64,000 nucleotides of DNA, from contig OZ251252.1 in NCBI GenBank assembly GCA_965240325.2, forward strand, positions 186,001-250,000, read 5' to 3'. The stretch is from Rebecca billardiae RCC1528 (taxonomy: Eukaryota > Protista > Haptophyta). Positions 35,567-46,854 of the stretch are shown here, in pieces. The notes beneath the pieces are model-generated. The model was not told the origin of the DNA and searched no databases. It worked only from the letters and a program-made list of their open reading frames with translations. Positions within the stretch are counted from its first letter, which is position 1. The number at the start of each line of letters is the position of its first letter. The position numbers and the translations under genes were made by a program.

Positions 35567-35690
35567 GATGGCGACGACCGCGGGCGAGCGCGGGCGGCTG
35601 GTCAGGACGATCGACAGCGCGATCTGCTCGTTGAGATCTCGTCATCTTGATCGGGAGCTCACCATTGTCCATTGTCCATCAGCTCGCACG

Positions 35691-36280
35691 ATGGCGACGG
35701 CTCGGATGGCGCGCACGCTAGCGTTGCTGCTCGCGTGTGCGGCGGCGGCCGACGCGGCCGAGGTGGTCCGCCTCGACATGGACTCGTGGGCCGAGCTCGT
35801 CGCCGGCTCGCCGCACGCGTGGGTCATCGAGTTCTCCTCCAAATACTGCGAGACGTGCAAGCAGTTTGCGCCGGAATGGGAGAAGCTGACCGCCGGCGAG
35901 GGGCTTGTGGACGGCGTCCGGTTCGGCCACGTGGGCATCGACGACAAGCCGGCGAAGCTGCTCGCGCGCGAGCTGGGCGCGATGAAAGCGGTGCGCCCGA
36001 GCACGCCGGCCCGCGCGCCACGCCCCGCCCCTCGCCAACCGCCAACCACCACGGCGCCGCTCCCCCGCCGCTGCGTGCGCAACAGGGCATTCCCAATGTT
36101 TCGCTGCTGCCGCGCTGGGGCGAGCCGCTCGTGCCGGTGATGGCCGGCAAGGTGGTGCCGGCGGCCACGGTCGCCGCGAAGCTGACGGCCAAGCTTGAGA
36201 AGCTCGGCCTCCCGCGCGGCGCCGACGGGCTGTACGTCAGTGGCGGTGACAACGCGGGCCTGCAGCACGATGAGCCATGA
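35691..36280 (+). CDS. Secretory-pathway thioredoxin/PDI-like single-domain protein
   Basis: Signal peptide, WVIEFSSKYCETCKQFAPEW, cis-Pro GIP after intron 35991-36085, C-terminus HDEP. Confidence 0.85.
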
Positions 36281-36851
36281 CGGACGTGAGAGTGCTGACT
36301 GCGGACGGGCAGTGTCGGTCCGCAACAGGTCTGCTGCGGCGTAGGTGCAGCCGCCGCCGGCGCACGGCGAGCCCGAGGGCAGTGGCGACACGGGCTGCAG
36401 GCAGTGGGCTGCTCCGCCGTCGCGGGGAAGGCGGCGGCTCGGCCGCGGGGCCCGCGGCGGCGCGGCAGTCGGCCGCCGGCTCGGCCGCGCCGCAGTGTCA
36501 CTCTTGTCTATGCGCTCTTGCTGCGGCTGTAAGTGTAGTCCGTCCGGGGTCCGATATGGCGGCGCGGGCGATATAAATATATATATATATATTTATTTAT
36601 ATATGGCGCTGCTAGCGCGCGCACTGTATCAGCGCAGCAGCAGCAGTAGATGAATTTGAGATAGCGCCGTCATCAGCATCATATCCGATCGCGTCACAGC
36701 GATCGAGTAAAGTCGTCGTCGCGCGCGCGCGTTACGTGCCGTTAGTGCGCCCGCCTGGCCGCCCTGCTGGGCCCATCGCCCTGCATTGCTGACTACGCCG
36801 CCGCGAGGCAGCGCCAGCCGCACGCCGACCCGCTGCTCCCGCCGCCGCCGC

Positions 36852-39800
36852 CTACAGCTGCAGCCCGCCGTCGTACCGCCACGCGGCGCGCAGGTTGGCC
36901 TTGGCCGACTTGCTGAAGCCGTTCTCGCTCAGGTCGAGCCGGCGCAGCGAGCCGAGCTTGCGCAGCTCGGCGGCGATGGCGGAGGCGCCGCGGTCGCCGA
37001 TGCCGTTGTCGTACAGATCAAGCCGCGTGAGCGCGGGCAGGCCGTGCAGCGCGCCGAAGAGCGCGCTCGCGCCGCGGTCGCCGATGTCGTTCAGCTCAAG
37101 CTTGAGCGCCGTCAGCTTCGGCAGGTGGAAGAGCTCGGCCGCGATGGCGGACGCGCCGAGCGGGCCGAAGCCGTTGACGCCGACGTCGAGCGTCGTAAGC
37201 GCGGGCAGGTGGTGCAGGGCCGCGGCGATGGCGGAGGCGCCGCGGTAACCAAAGTCGTTGTACCCGAGGTCGAGCGCGGTGAGCGCGCCGAGCCGGTGCG
37301 CCTTGAGCCGGTGCAGGACGGCAGTGATGGCCGCCGCGCCCTCGTCGCCGATGTCGTTCAGCTCGAGCTGGAGCGAGGCGAGGGCGGGCAGGTGCTGCAG
37401 CGCGTTGGCGAGCGCGGCCGCGCCCCTGTCGCCGAGATCGTTGCGGTTCAGGTCGAGCGCGGTGAGTGCGGCGCAGTGGTGCAGCTCGGCGCCGAGCGCG
37501 GAGGCGCCCTTCGGCCCGATCGCGTTGCTGTAGAGGCTGAGCGTCGTCAGCGCGCCGAGCCCGCGGAGCGCCTCCGCGAGCGCCGTCGCGCCGCGGTCGC
37601 CGACCTCGTTGTAAGACAGGTCGAGTGTCGTCAGCGCGGGCAGCGCGCGCAGCGGCGCGCCGAGCGCGACCGCACCGTCGTCGCCGACGCCATTGAGCTC
37701 AAGGCGGAGCGATCGGAGCGCGGCGCAGCGGTGCAGCGCACCCGCGAGCGCCGACGCGCCGGCCGGGCCGATGTTGTTGTACCCGAGGTTCAGCGCCGTC
37801 AGCGAGGGCAGCTGGTGCAGCTGGCCGGCGAGCGCGGACGCGCCGTGCGCGCCGACCGAGTTCATCGCGAGGTTGAGCGAGGCGAGGCGCGCGCCGACGC
37901 GTGGCAGCGCCGCGCCGACGGCAGCCGCCCCCTCGTCGCCCACCCAGTTCGTCGAGAGGTCCAACGCTTGCAGCTCGCGCGCGCCCAGCCCGGCCGCGAC
38001 CGCGCTCGCGCCCGCGCCGCTCAGCCCGCAGCGCGTGAGCGTGAGCTGCGCGAGCGGCGCGCGCGGCTGCAGCCGCAGCAGCTCGGCGAGCGCGGCGGCG
38101 TCCGAGTCGCTGAAACCAGCCACGGAGCTGCGCGCGCGCGGGCACGCGCGGACGGCGCGGGCGGGGCGAGAGGCGGTGGTGGCGGCGGCGCGGCGGCGCG
38201 GCAGGGCGGCGCGCGCGGCGGCCGGGTGAGCGCAGGCGGCGGGCGCACGCCCGGGAGATCTCGATCTCGATCAGGGGCGCATGCCCGGGAGATCTCGATC
38301 TCGACCAGGGGCGCACGCCCGGGAGATCTCGATCTCGATCAGGGGCGCACGCCCGGCGTGCCATGTCTCGCGCGTGGTGCGCACACGCGCCCTCGCGCAG
38401 CGCGGCGCGGCAGCGCGACCGCGCGCCGAGCACCAGCACCACGCACTCGTACACACACACACGCGCCAACCAACCACGCGCTCGCGCACGCCATAAAGAA
38501 TATTATCAGTAAAAAAAAGGAATTCGGCCGCGCGGCGCCGCACCTCAGCTCGATGTGCGACTGGCCGATGACTTGCCTGGCCTGCACGTGTGCGCTGCCG
38601 TCCGCCAGCCTGCTGAGCTCGGCGAGGCTCACCTGGTCGAGCGCGGCGGCCTTGCCGAGCCGACGCGCGCCGAGCATGCCCAGCGTGAGCGCGCCCGTCG
38701 CCAGGAACTTGAGCCCGGCGAGCGCGAGGCTGAGTGAGAGAGTCGCGCGCGCGGCGGTGATGAGCGCGCGCACGTCCGTGCTGGGACGCAGCGGCGGGAG
38801 GAGCGTCGAGGGGCGCGCGGCGCACGCGGCGAGCTCGGCCCGCGAGAGCAGCTGCCACGGCAGCGTGAGCCCGCGCCACCCCCCGCGCACCTCGCCCCCC
38901 AGGAACGCGTACTGCGCCGCCACCGTCTCCGCCGCGCTGCGCAGCGGCTCGCGCGCGCCCAGCGCAGCCGCGCCGACCCAGCCGCCGAGCAGGACTGGAG
39001 TGGAGAGGGCGGCGGCGAGGAGGGCGGCGGCGAAGAAGAGGGAGGGCGCGGAGCGCGGCAGCTGCGCGAGCGCGCGCACGCGCAGCACGTCCGCCCGCGC
39101 CTTCGCCGGGTCGAGCCAGTGCAGCGCGTCGCGCACCGCCGCCGCCACCGCCGTCCCGTTCCGCAGCCGGCGCGCGCGCCGCTCGCGCGTCATCACACCG
39201 CCGTCCGCGTAATGGAAGCTGCTGGAGAAGTCGTCGCCCGCGGCGCGGTCGAGCGCGTCGTGCGCGCGCTGCAGGAGGGGCACGAGCACGCCGAGCGCCA
39301 CGCCAAGCACGCCGAGCGCGAGCGGCGCGAACGCCAGCGCCGCCAGCGCCCCGAGCGTCGGCACCGACCACAGCAGTGCGCTGCCGAGCGCTGCTGCAGT
39401 CAGCCATGCCTGCGCGCGCGCGAGGCCGCGCACGAGCGCGGCGTCGAGCGCGGCGCAAAGGCGCGCCATGGGGCGCGGCACGAGGTCGTACTCGAACTCG
39501 GCGCGCGCGTGCCTCGCCGCCTGCACGCCCGCCATCAGCGCCAGCGGCTGCATCAGCGCGAGGCTCAGCGCAGCCAGCACGCTGGGCTGGAGCGCGCCCG
39601 AGCTCAGCGTGACGACGTCGAGCAGCCTCGGGCCCGCCGGCCAGCGCTCGGGCGCCCACGGGCGCGCGCAGCAGAGGAGGCGGTGGTGCGCGAGGGCGAA
39701 CGCGCCGAGCGTGAGCACGAGCACGTGCACGCCCGCCGCCCACTGCAGCACCGTCAGTGTGAGCCACAGGAGCTGGCCGGCGGCGCCCGCCGCGCTCACC

Positions 39801-40318
39801 GGCCGCGGGACCTTGCCAAACTGCGAGAGGGCGAGGAGGAGGGCGAGGGCCGGCGCGACGCTGAGCTGCGCGAGGGGCCGTGCGGCGTCGGCGAACACCG
39901 CCATGAAGCCGTTCAGCTCGCCCAGCCCGCACGGAAGCTCGAGCGCGCGCACGCACTCGACGTCGAAGAAAGTGGCGGCGAGCGGGTGCGGCGACAGTTG
40001 GTCGCACGCGCCGCCGTGCGCGCCGGCCGGCGGCGCGAACGGCGCGCGTGGGCACGTGTCGGCGGCGTGGTAGCCGCGCGCGATGGCGAGCCAGAGGCCC
40101 GCGCCGTTCGCCAGCACGGCGATGCCCAGCGCCACCTTGGGCAACGCGCCGTCGAGAGCGCTCAACAGCGGCCGGCCGGCGCTGGGCATCGCGGCCGGCG
40201 GCGACGCCTTGGCTTGGGGGGCGTCGCTGCGCAGCCCGGACTCGAGCAGCGCGCCGTCCTCTCGCGGCGTCGGCGCCGCGGTGCCTGCGGCCGGCGGCCG
40301 CGCGCAGACGCTGCCCAT
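36852..40318 (-). CDS. Multi-pass membrane protein fused to a C-terminal RNI-like leucine-rich repeat array
   Basis: Hydrophobic exon 40318-38544, intron 38543-38128, then a frame continuous with the 28-aa repeats LxxLxLxxNxIGDxGAxALAxAL to the stop at 36852. Confidence 0.8.
38241..38356. repeat. Intronic 34-bp minisatellite (~3.4 copies)
   Basis: GGGCGCACGCCCGGGAGATCTCGATCTCGATCAG at 38241, 38275 and 38309, partial at 38343. Confidence 0.92.
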
Positions 40319-40592
40319 GCCGCGACGGCTCCCCTCCGCGCGCTGATCAACCGATCGCGATGCGGACGCGGACCAGGGCTCTCACATTCAGGGCCGGTCG
40401 TGAATCCGGGCGCTCGGATGGACAACCTTTGATCCGGATCTTTATTCATCAGTTTTGAGTTTTCACTCCCTTTCGTCCCACCAGGCGGCAACTAGCACGG
40501 ATGATGAGTCGCCGGGCGCGCGCCGCGCCGCGCGGCGTGGCCAGCCGCTCGCCAGGCCTGCGCGGCCACGGCGCGACGACGGCCGTCCGCCG

Positions 40593-42017
40593 TCAGCTAC
40601 TGGGCGCGACGCGCTGCAGCAGCCGCAGCGCGCGCTCGTCGTTGGGCCGGATGCGCAGCGCCGCCTCCGCGTCGCCGCGCACGAGTGCCCACTTGCCCAG
40701 CAGCGCGCCCACCTCGCCGCGGACGAGGCGGTACTGCAGCACGTGCGGCGAGCACTCGATCGCGGCGGAGAACGCGCCGAGCGCGCCCTCGTAGTCCGTC
40801 GCGTTGAAGCAGGCCACGCCCTCCGAGTGGTGGATGATCGACACCTTGTCGTTGATCTCGCGCACGAGATTGGCGTCCGGCCGCGCCGACCCCGAGTCCT
40901 GCAGCGCCTTGGCGCGCGTGTAGTCGTCGAGCGCGCGCATCGGCTTGCCGCGGCGCACGAGCAGGTCCGCGCGGTTCACGTAGAACCGCGGCACCGTCGG
41001 GTCCACCTTGATCGCCTTCTCGAAGAAGGCGGCGGCGCGCTCGATCCGCCCCTCCGCAGCCGCGACCACGCCCGCGTCGTTGTAAGTAATCGTGAGTAGG
41101 CGCTCCGCCTCGGGGTAGGTGCCGCCGGTGAGCCGGATGGCCTGCTCGAGGTCCTGCGCCGCGAGCGCCGCGTCGCCGTGCGCCTTGTGCGCGATCGCGC
41201 GCCGCTTGCGCAGCGCCGCCGAGGTCGGGTCCAGATCGATGGCGGCGTTGAGGTTGGTGACCGCCTGCCTGTGCGCGCCCAGGAGCATCAGCCGCGTGGC
41301 CTCGGCCTCGTACACGCGCGTCGAGCTGCGCATCACGCGCGCGAGCTCGAGCGCCTGCGCGTGCTCCGGCTCGAGCCCCAGCGCCGCCCCCAGGTGCAGC
41401 CGCGCGCGCTCGAGCCGCGACGACTTGAGCTGCAGCCGCGCGAGCAGGAAGTGCGCGTCCGCCGTGCCGTCCTCGGCCGAGTCGACGAGCCGCTCGAGGT
41501 CGGACATGGCGGCGACGGTGTTGCCCTGCCCGATGAACGCGAGGGCGCGGTGGAGCCGGAACGTCGCCGTGTCCTCGTCACGCCGCTCCAGCGAGATCGC
41601 CTCGTTCAGCGCGACCACCGCCGCGTCGTACTCGCCGTCGTCGAGCAGCGAGAGCCCGCGCATGTCGTGCAGCAGCGCGAGGCGGTGGACGTGCTTGGAG
41701 CCGGTGTTGCGCCCGCCGGTGAGCTGCACGGTCTTGCCGAGGTTCGCGATCGCCGTGTTCAGGTCGCCGATCATCAGCAGCGCGTCCGCGCGCCGCTCGT
41801 ACAGCGTCGGGTCGGCGGGCGCCAGAAAGACGGCCGCGTTGAGCTCGGCGAGCGCGCCCACAATGTCGCCGCGCTTGATCGCGCGGGTGGACTCGAGCAC
41901 GCGCGCGCGCACGCGCTTCTGCAGCACCTCGCCCATCGTCTCGAGCTCCTCGCCCTCCTCGCCCTCCGCACCCGCCCCGGCCGTCGGCGCCGGCTGCGGC
42001 GACGCGGGCGTCGACAT
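40593..42017 (-). CDS. Tetratricopeptide repeat protein (TTC16-like)
   Basis: Intronless 474 aa with repeated TPR signatures such as ALAELNAAVFLAPADPTLYERRA and FEKAIKVDPTVPRFYVNRA. Confidence 0.85.
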   Translation of the reverse strand: MSTPASPQPAPTAGAGAEGEEGEELETMGEVLQKRVRARVLESTRAIKRGDIVGALAELNAAVFLAPADPTLYERRADALLMIGDLNTAIANLGKTVQLTGGRNTGSKHVHRLALLHDMRGLSLLDDGEYDAAVVALNEAISLERRDEDTATFRLHRALAFIGQGNTVAAMSDLERLVDSAEDGTADAHFLLARLQLKSSRLERARLHLGAALGLEPEHAQALELARVMRSSTRVYEAEATRLMLLGAHRQAVTNLNAAIDLDPTSAALRKRRAIAHKAHGDAALAAQDLEQAIRLTGGTYPEAERLLTITYNDAGVVAAAEGRIERAAAFFEKAIKVDPTVPRFYVNRADLLVRRGKPMRALDDYTRAKALQDSGSARPDANLVREINDKVSIIHHSEGVACFNATDYEGALGAFSAAIECSPHVLQYRLVRGEVGALLGKWALVRGDAEAALRIRPNDERALRLLQRVAPSS

Positions 42018-43513
42018 GGCGGGCCGTTACGAGTCGACGATGGCGGCCTGCCGGGCACCGGTGGGCACTGGGCAGCCGCTCGCGGCTCTTTTGCTCGGCG
42101 GGGCCCCGGGCTTATCTCCTAAACCCCTGGACGGGTAAATCCAGGTCCCCCCCCCCCCTGGAGTCCGGGAGGCCGCGACCAGTGTCGTCGCTGAGTCCGG
42201 GCTGCGTCGCCAAGCGGCGGCTGGAGGAGCGACGGGCGCGTGAGCGTGGCGGCTCGCGGGTATCACCGGCCTTGTGGCACGTAGTCGCGCGTGTGCGCGC
42301 CGTCGCATTGCGTGTACAACACCAGACGCGGACTCCCATGCCATTGCCACGCCCTGAAGACTGCCTCCGCACCTTGTGTCTGCGTTCAAATGCTCACGAA
42401 GCTGGCTCGCGGCGCTTGTGGCAGTGCCTAGCGTGCAAGAAGCTGCTACAAGTGGTGCCATAGCACTCAAGACCCGGCCGTCACGCATGGGGCTAGTCGG
42501 GTAGGCTTATCTGTGCTATGGGCGACCAGGAAAGCAGCTCGATCAGTGATCCATGACTCTGGAAATGTCGTGCGGCACACACCGTTTGAAACGCGAGAGC
42601 GCGGCGCGTGCCTAACGTGACCTCTTTCAGGCGGCGTGCGGGGTCGGAAGTCCAGCGCGCGTGTACGTATACATTGTGCATACATACCCCCACCTCCCCG
42701 AGCCATCTCATCGCGCCCAGGCTCCCCACATGTCGAGTCGGCTGGCAGGAAGTGACCGCTCGGCACAAGGTCAAGCCCGCAAGTGGTTGCGCGCGCCAAC
42801 CGCAAGGGCGACGAGCGAGGAGAGACATCAGCGGGCTGCTTTGTCGACGTTCCCCTACGTCTTGGGGCCCGCCCCGCCCAGCGTGCCGCCACGGAACGCC
42901 CCGCAATCGACCGCTAGGACGCTCGGCGAGCACGCACCCACCGCCGCCACGGCAGCCGTCCCCCGAGCCAGGGGTGTAGGGGACAAGCCCCGGGCTTTGT
43001 ATCTCGCGATTCTCGCCGCGCCGTCGTCGGCAGGGAGTCAGCATGGCAACCATGAGGCGGCGGGCGGGCCACGCGGTACTTGTATTGGACCGATCCGGCG
43101 ACTCGGTGCTGACCCCAGTCCGACCCTAGTCCGCACGCATCAGTGACATCACAGTCATCACGCAAAGCCATCACACTCCCCACCTGGTAGACCTCGACCC
43201 TCCAACTCCAAGTGGCATCCGCTTCTCGGGAGGCGCCCATGCGACGGCCGCTGCCGTATACTTGGCAGACCTCGGGCGCGCAGCGGCGGCACCGAGTCTC
43301 ACGCGGCCCGCATCCGGGGTGCCCACTGCCGGATACCGCAGGCCGACCATCTGCGCCAAAGGTGGCAAGCGCGCCACGCAGCAGGCGGGCGAGGCAAGCT
43401 GCTGCGTACTTTGCAGCGGTGCACGGTGCGGCGCGCGCCGGCGCGCGCCGCCGGCGCCGGTGAGCACGGGCCGCGGCCGGCGTGCTGTGACTGATTCTAT
43501 GCTTTGAACAGGG

Positions 43514-44866
43514 CTCCTGATTCGTTGGCGGCAGTGCCCGACCGTCGACAAGTCGGCGTTGGTGGCAGAGCACCGCCCGGACTTTGCCCCGGTCGAGCGA
43601 GGGCGAGGCGGTGCAGGCAGCAGGTCCGGATGTTGGTCACGACGACAGGACCCAGAAGTCGCCAATGAATTTCGGGTCCAAAAAGGTGGTGCCCGCGCAT
43701 CGGGGGGGGATTGACGAGAGTCTTGTGAGTCTCAAGGGGTAAAAATCGCACTCATGTACCCGCCAGCATATGCTTCAGACAATTCGTCGGGTAAAGTTTA
43801 CCACTTTGGGTCGAATTTATCCCTTCCGGGGCTTGGGCGAGGAAACTCGCTGGGGAGATTCCCGCCGTTCTGAACCACGATGGCCACGTGACAACCCACG
43901 AGTCATGCTCGACGCGACCGCCTTGCCTGAGGGGCTATCGGACGGCGTGCTGCGCCTCTACGACCGCGACGTGCGTGACGTAGAGAAGCGCACCGCCAAA
44001 GATGGGTTCTCACGCATGGCGAAGCTCACCCTGCCAGGTGGCGCGTGTCTGACGCGAACTGTGGCTCTGTGGCCGACGGCCGTGACGGATGCAGGCCTTG
44101 CTTCTCCACAGGGAACCCCCGCCGGTGGCAGCCGGCGGCGCAAGGGAGGCCGTGGCGCGCCTACTCGTGCTCCCCCGCCGACCGCCCAGCGCGCAGCGCG
44201 CAAGCCGGCCCCGCCGGTTCGCCCGCCCGCCGCGCAGGGCATGGACGCTGAGGTGCTGCAGGCAAACGACGAGCAGCAGCACTCTCAGAAGCGGAAGAAG
44301 AAGCCCCGGCGTGGGAAGCGCGGGCAACGGCGCGACGCCGAGGGCCGACGGATTCGTTCTCCATCGAGCCGTCGCTCCTCGGCGAGCCGCGCCGTCAAGG
44401 AACGCCAGGCGCGCAAGGCGGCGCGCCTGGCGCCGACCGCTGCACCGCCCACGCCAGCCCCTGCTGCCCCCCTCCACGATGACCGAGACTCGCCCCCGGG
44501 CGACGACTTGGACGACGAGGAGGCGTCGCCGCAGCGGGCAAAGCGCACCCTGGACGACGCCGCAGCGCCAGCCGCCGCCAGCCAGCCAGCTGGCTCGAGC
44601 AGCAAGCGCGTACGCGACCGCCCGGGGAGCACGGGGCAGGTACGACCAGCTGCTACCCGCGGCTGAGTCTGCCAGCTGACATCCGGACCTGCACTTTCGC
44701 CCTTGCTCGGGGCACAGCAGGTCCATGCGAGCCGCGCAGCGCAGGTGGATCGCGCTTCAGCAGCTCAAGGCCGCGCTCAAGCTTTACGATCGCGGTGCAG
44801 GCTATGCTCTGCCACCAACGCCGACTTCGTGTCGACGATCGGGCACTGCCGCCGACGAATCAGGAG
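43514..44866. mobile_element. Putative TE remnant: imperfect inverted repeats enclosing a basic ORF (43770-44666)
   Basis: 43514-43572 is the imperfect reverse complement of 44805-44866. 43596-43634 matches 44679-44710 in reverse. Confidence 0.5.
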
Positions 44867-45013
44867 ACCCGCGTCGTCCTACCTGTGTCGTTAAATCATA
44901 GAATGGGTCGGCGGTTGATTACTGCGAGCGGCTTGTATTTTGTTTCAACACTCGAAGGCCTCGAATCATACATTCCTTCATCAACGATTCAGAGGTGGAT
45001 CGACAATAGAGTT

Positions 45014-45144
45014 GCTTTAAAAAAATGAATCGGGTAGAAACATGCTCTCACACAAGCTCCACACTTATCGGAGAGGGGGCTTTAAAAAAAGGGAATCGGG
45101 TAGAAACATGCTCTCACACAAGCTCCACACTTATCGGAGAGGGG
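45014..45144. repeat. 65-bp tandem duplication (2 copies)
   Basis: GCTTTAAAAAAA..GAATCGGGTAGAAACATGCTCTCACACAAGCTCCACACTTATCGGAGAGGGG occurs twice. Confidence 0.92.
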
Positions 45145-45299
45145 GATTCCCGCCCTAGAATCCTCACGCGCTCGTTTTTGCCGGTTGAGACAAGAGCGTG
45201 GACTGCCAACAGACGTACGCGTACAGTAGCACAGTACCACTCCAATACCCGGCCGTCTCGCAGACCGACTTGGACCCACCGGCGCACGCGCGAGGCACC

Positions 45300-45626
45300 A
45301 TGGGCTGCCCTGACATCGAAGACGAGAATATCGAGCTGACGGACGAGTTGGTTGAGGACTTCGTGTCGTACGTGCATCGTCTGATCGACCTCGTCCAGGC
45401 GAAGGCATCCCTCCACGACGCAGTGCAATGCGCGAAGGTGCAGATGGAGCTGCACCGCCTCATGGGCGACGCGCAAACGCTCGGACTGGCACCCTTAGCC
45501 AAACGCATTCGGAGCGTGCTGTCCTCAAGACGGCACGATGAGCTTGGCACACTCCTGCACCATCACCTACCTCTCAGCGCCGACACCCTGCATCTACTTG
45601 TGGCGGAAAACACGCTGTGCCTGTAG
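45300..45626 (+). CDS. Stand-alone histidine phosphotransfer (Hpt)-like protein
   Basis: 108 aa, helical. ELVEDF...MELHRLMGDAQTLGLAPLA matches the HxLKGxxxxLGxxxL Hpt signature with K->M. Confidence 0.6.
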   Translation: MGCPDIEDENIELTDELVEDFVSYVHRLIDLVQAKASLHDAVQCAKVQMELHRLMGDAQTLGLAPLAKRIRSVLSSRRHDELGTLLHHHLPLSADTLHLLVAENTLCL

Positions 45627-46854
45627 CGCAGCCGCTACTGTGCCTGACTGACAGTGACGAAGCCTGGCTTTCAGCCTCAGGCTTGGCGGCTTAGCAGCAT
45701 GACTTGTGCCATCGAATAGCATGTCAACATCAATGGTCGATGATGTCACCGGTTTATACCAGGGGTCGTCGGCGCGGCCGTGCCACTCAACACCCAGGCG
45801 GCAGGCATCGCTCCCGAGGCCCTCCGCGGCTCCAGGCAACGGCGTGGCCGTGCCCGTGAACGTGGTGACTGTGGTCAGCAGCTTGCGGATCCTGTGCGGC
45901 TGAGGTGCGGCGTGAACAGGACGTGGGCGCACGTGCGCGGCACCAGCGCCTTCCGCTGCCGGCGCTTCTCGCGCAGCGCGCGCTCGATGAGTCGATGAGC
46001 GCCACGGCCATCGCTTGGATGTGCAGCTGATCGAGCGCCTTGCCCAGCTTGTCAATAATAAGCTTGGCGGCGCGGTCCTCGAGCGGCCCCCGACCGCCAG
46101 CTGCTCGCGAGTCCACTGAAGGTTTCAGCCGCCCGGCTGAAGGTTCACCTCAAGTACGGCGAGAGCCTCGGCGTGCTCGGCTCGCTCGATGGCAAGCTGG
46201 CGCTCTACCGCTTCATCCACGGGCACCCGTTCCTCTTCAAGCGCCGCGCAGGTGTCTGCCTGAACAGCGAGACGCTCCTCGCCAGCTGCGCCACGCGTTG
46301 GGCCGGATGAGCTGATGGTTATTCTCGTTGACCAGAGAGACGACCAGTCCGGGCGTCTGCTCGCTCGCGTGCGTCACGCACGGGTCCATATCCGCGAGCG
46401 CGCGCTCCGGAGCACCGCGTTGCGGCGTTGCGCGCTTCACGTCTAGCTCCTCACGCATGTGTGCGCGCATGGTACCATATATACATCGACGAGTCGTACG
46501 TAGTCTCGGACTGTGCATCACGCACGGAGCCGCCCTGCCGGCTGTCAGCCGCGGTGGACGTATGTCGCGGTCATCATCATATGCCTCGCGCGTGGACCGG
46601 GCCGCGGACTGCCAGCGCGATCTCCTCGGACGCCGCCGCGCTTATGATTGCGCCGGCGCTTGCCGACCGCGCCCAGAGGCGAGGCCATCGACCATCGTAC
46701 TATCGTCACTATCTGCTATATAGTATATCCGGCCGTCATCTGCTGTCGGAAAGCGGCGGCCTGTCATGGCAGCAGTTCGTCGTTCGATCGCGGTCACGCG
46801 ACCACGGGTGCAACTACTGATACGACGAGAATCGCGCGCGCGCTAACTGCTTCG

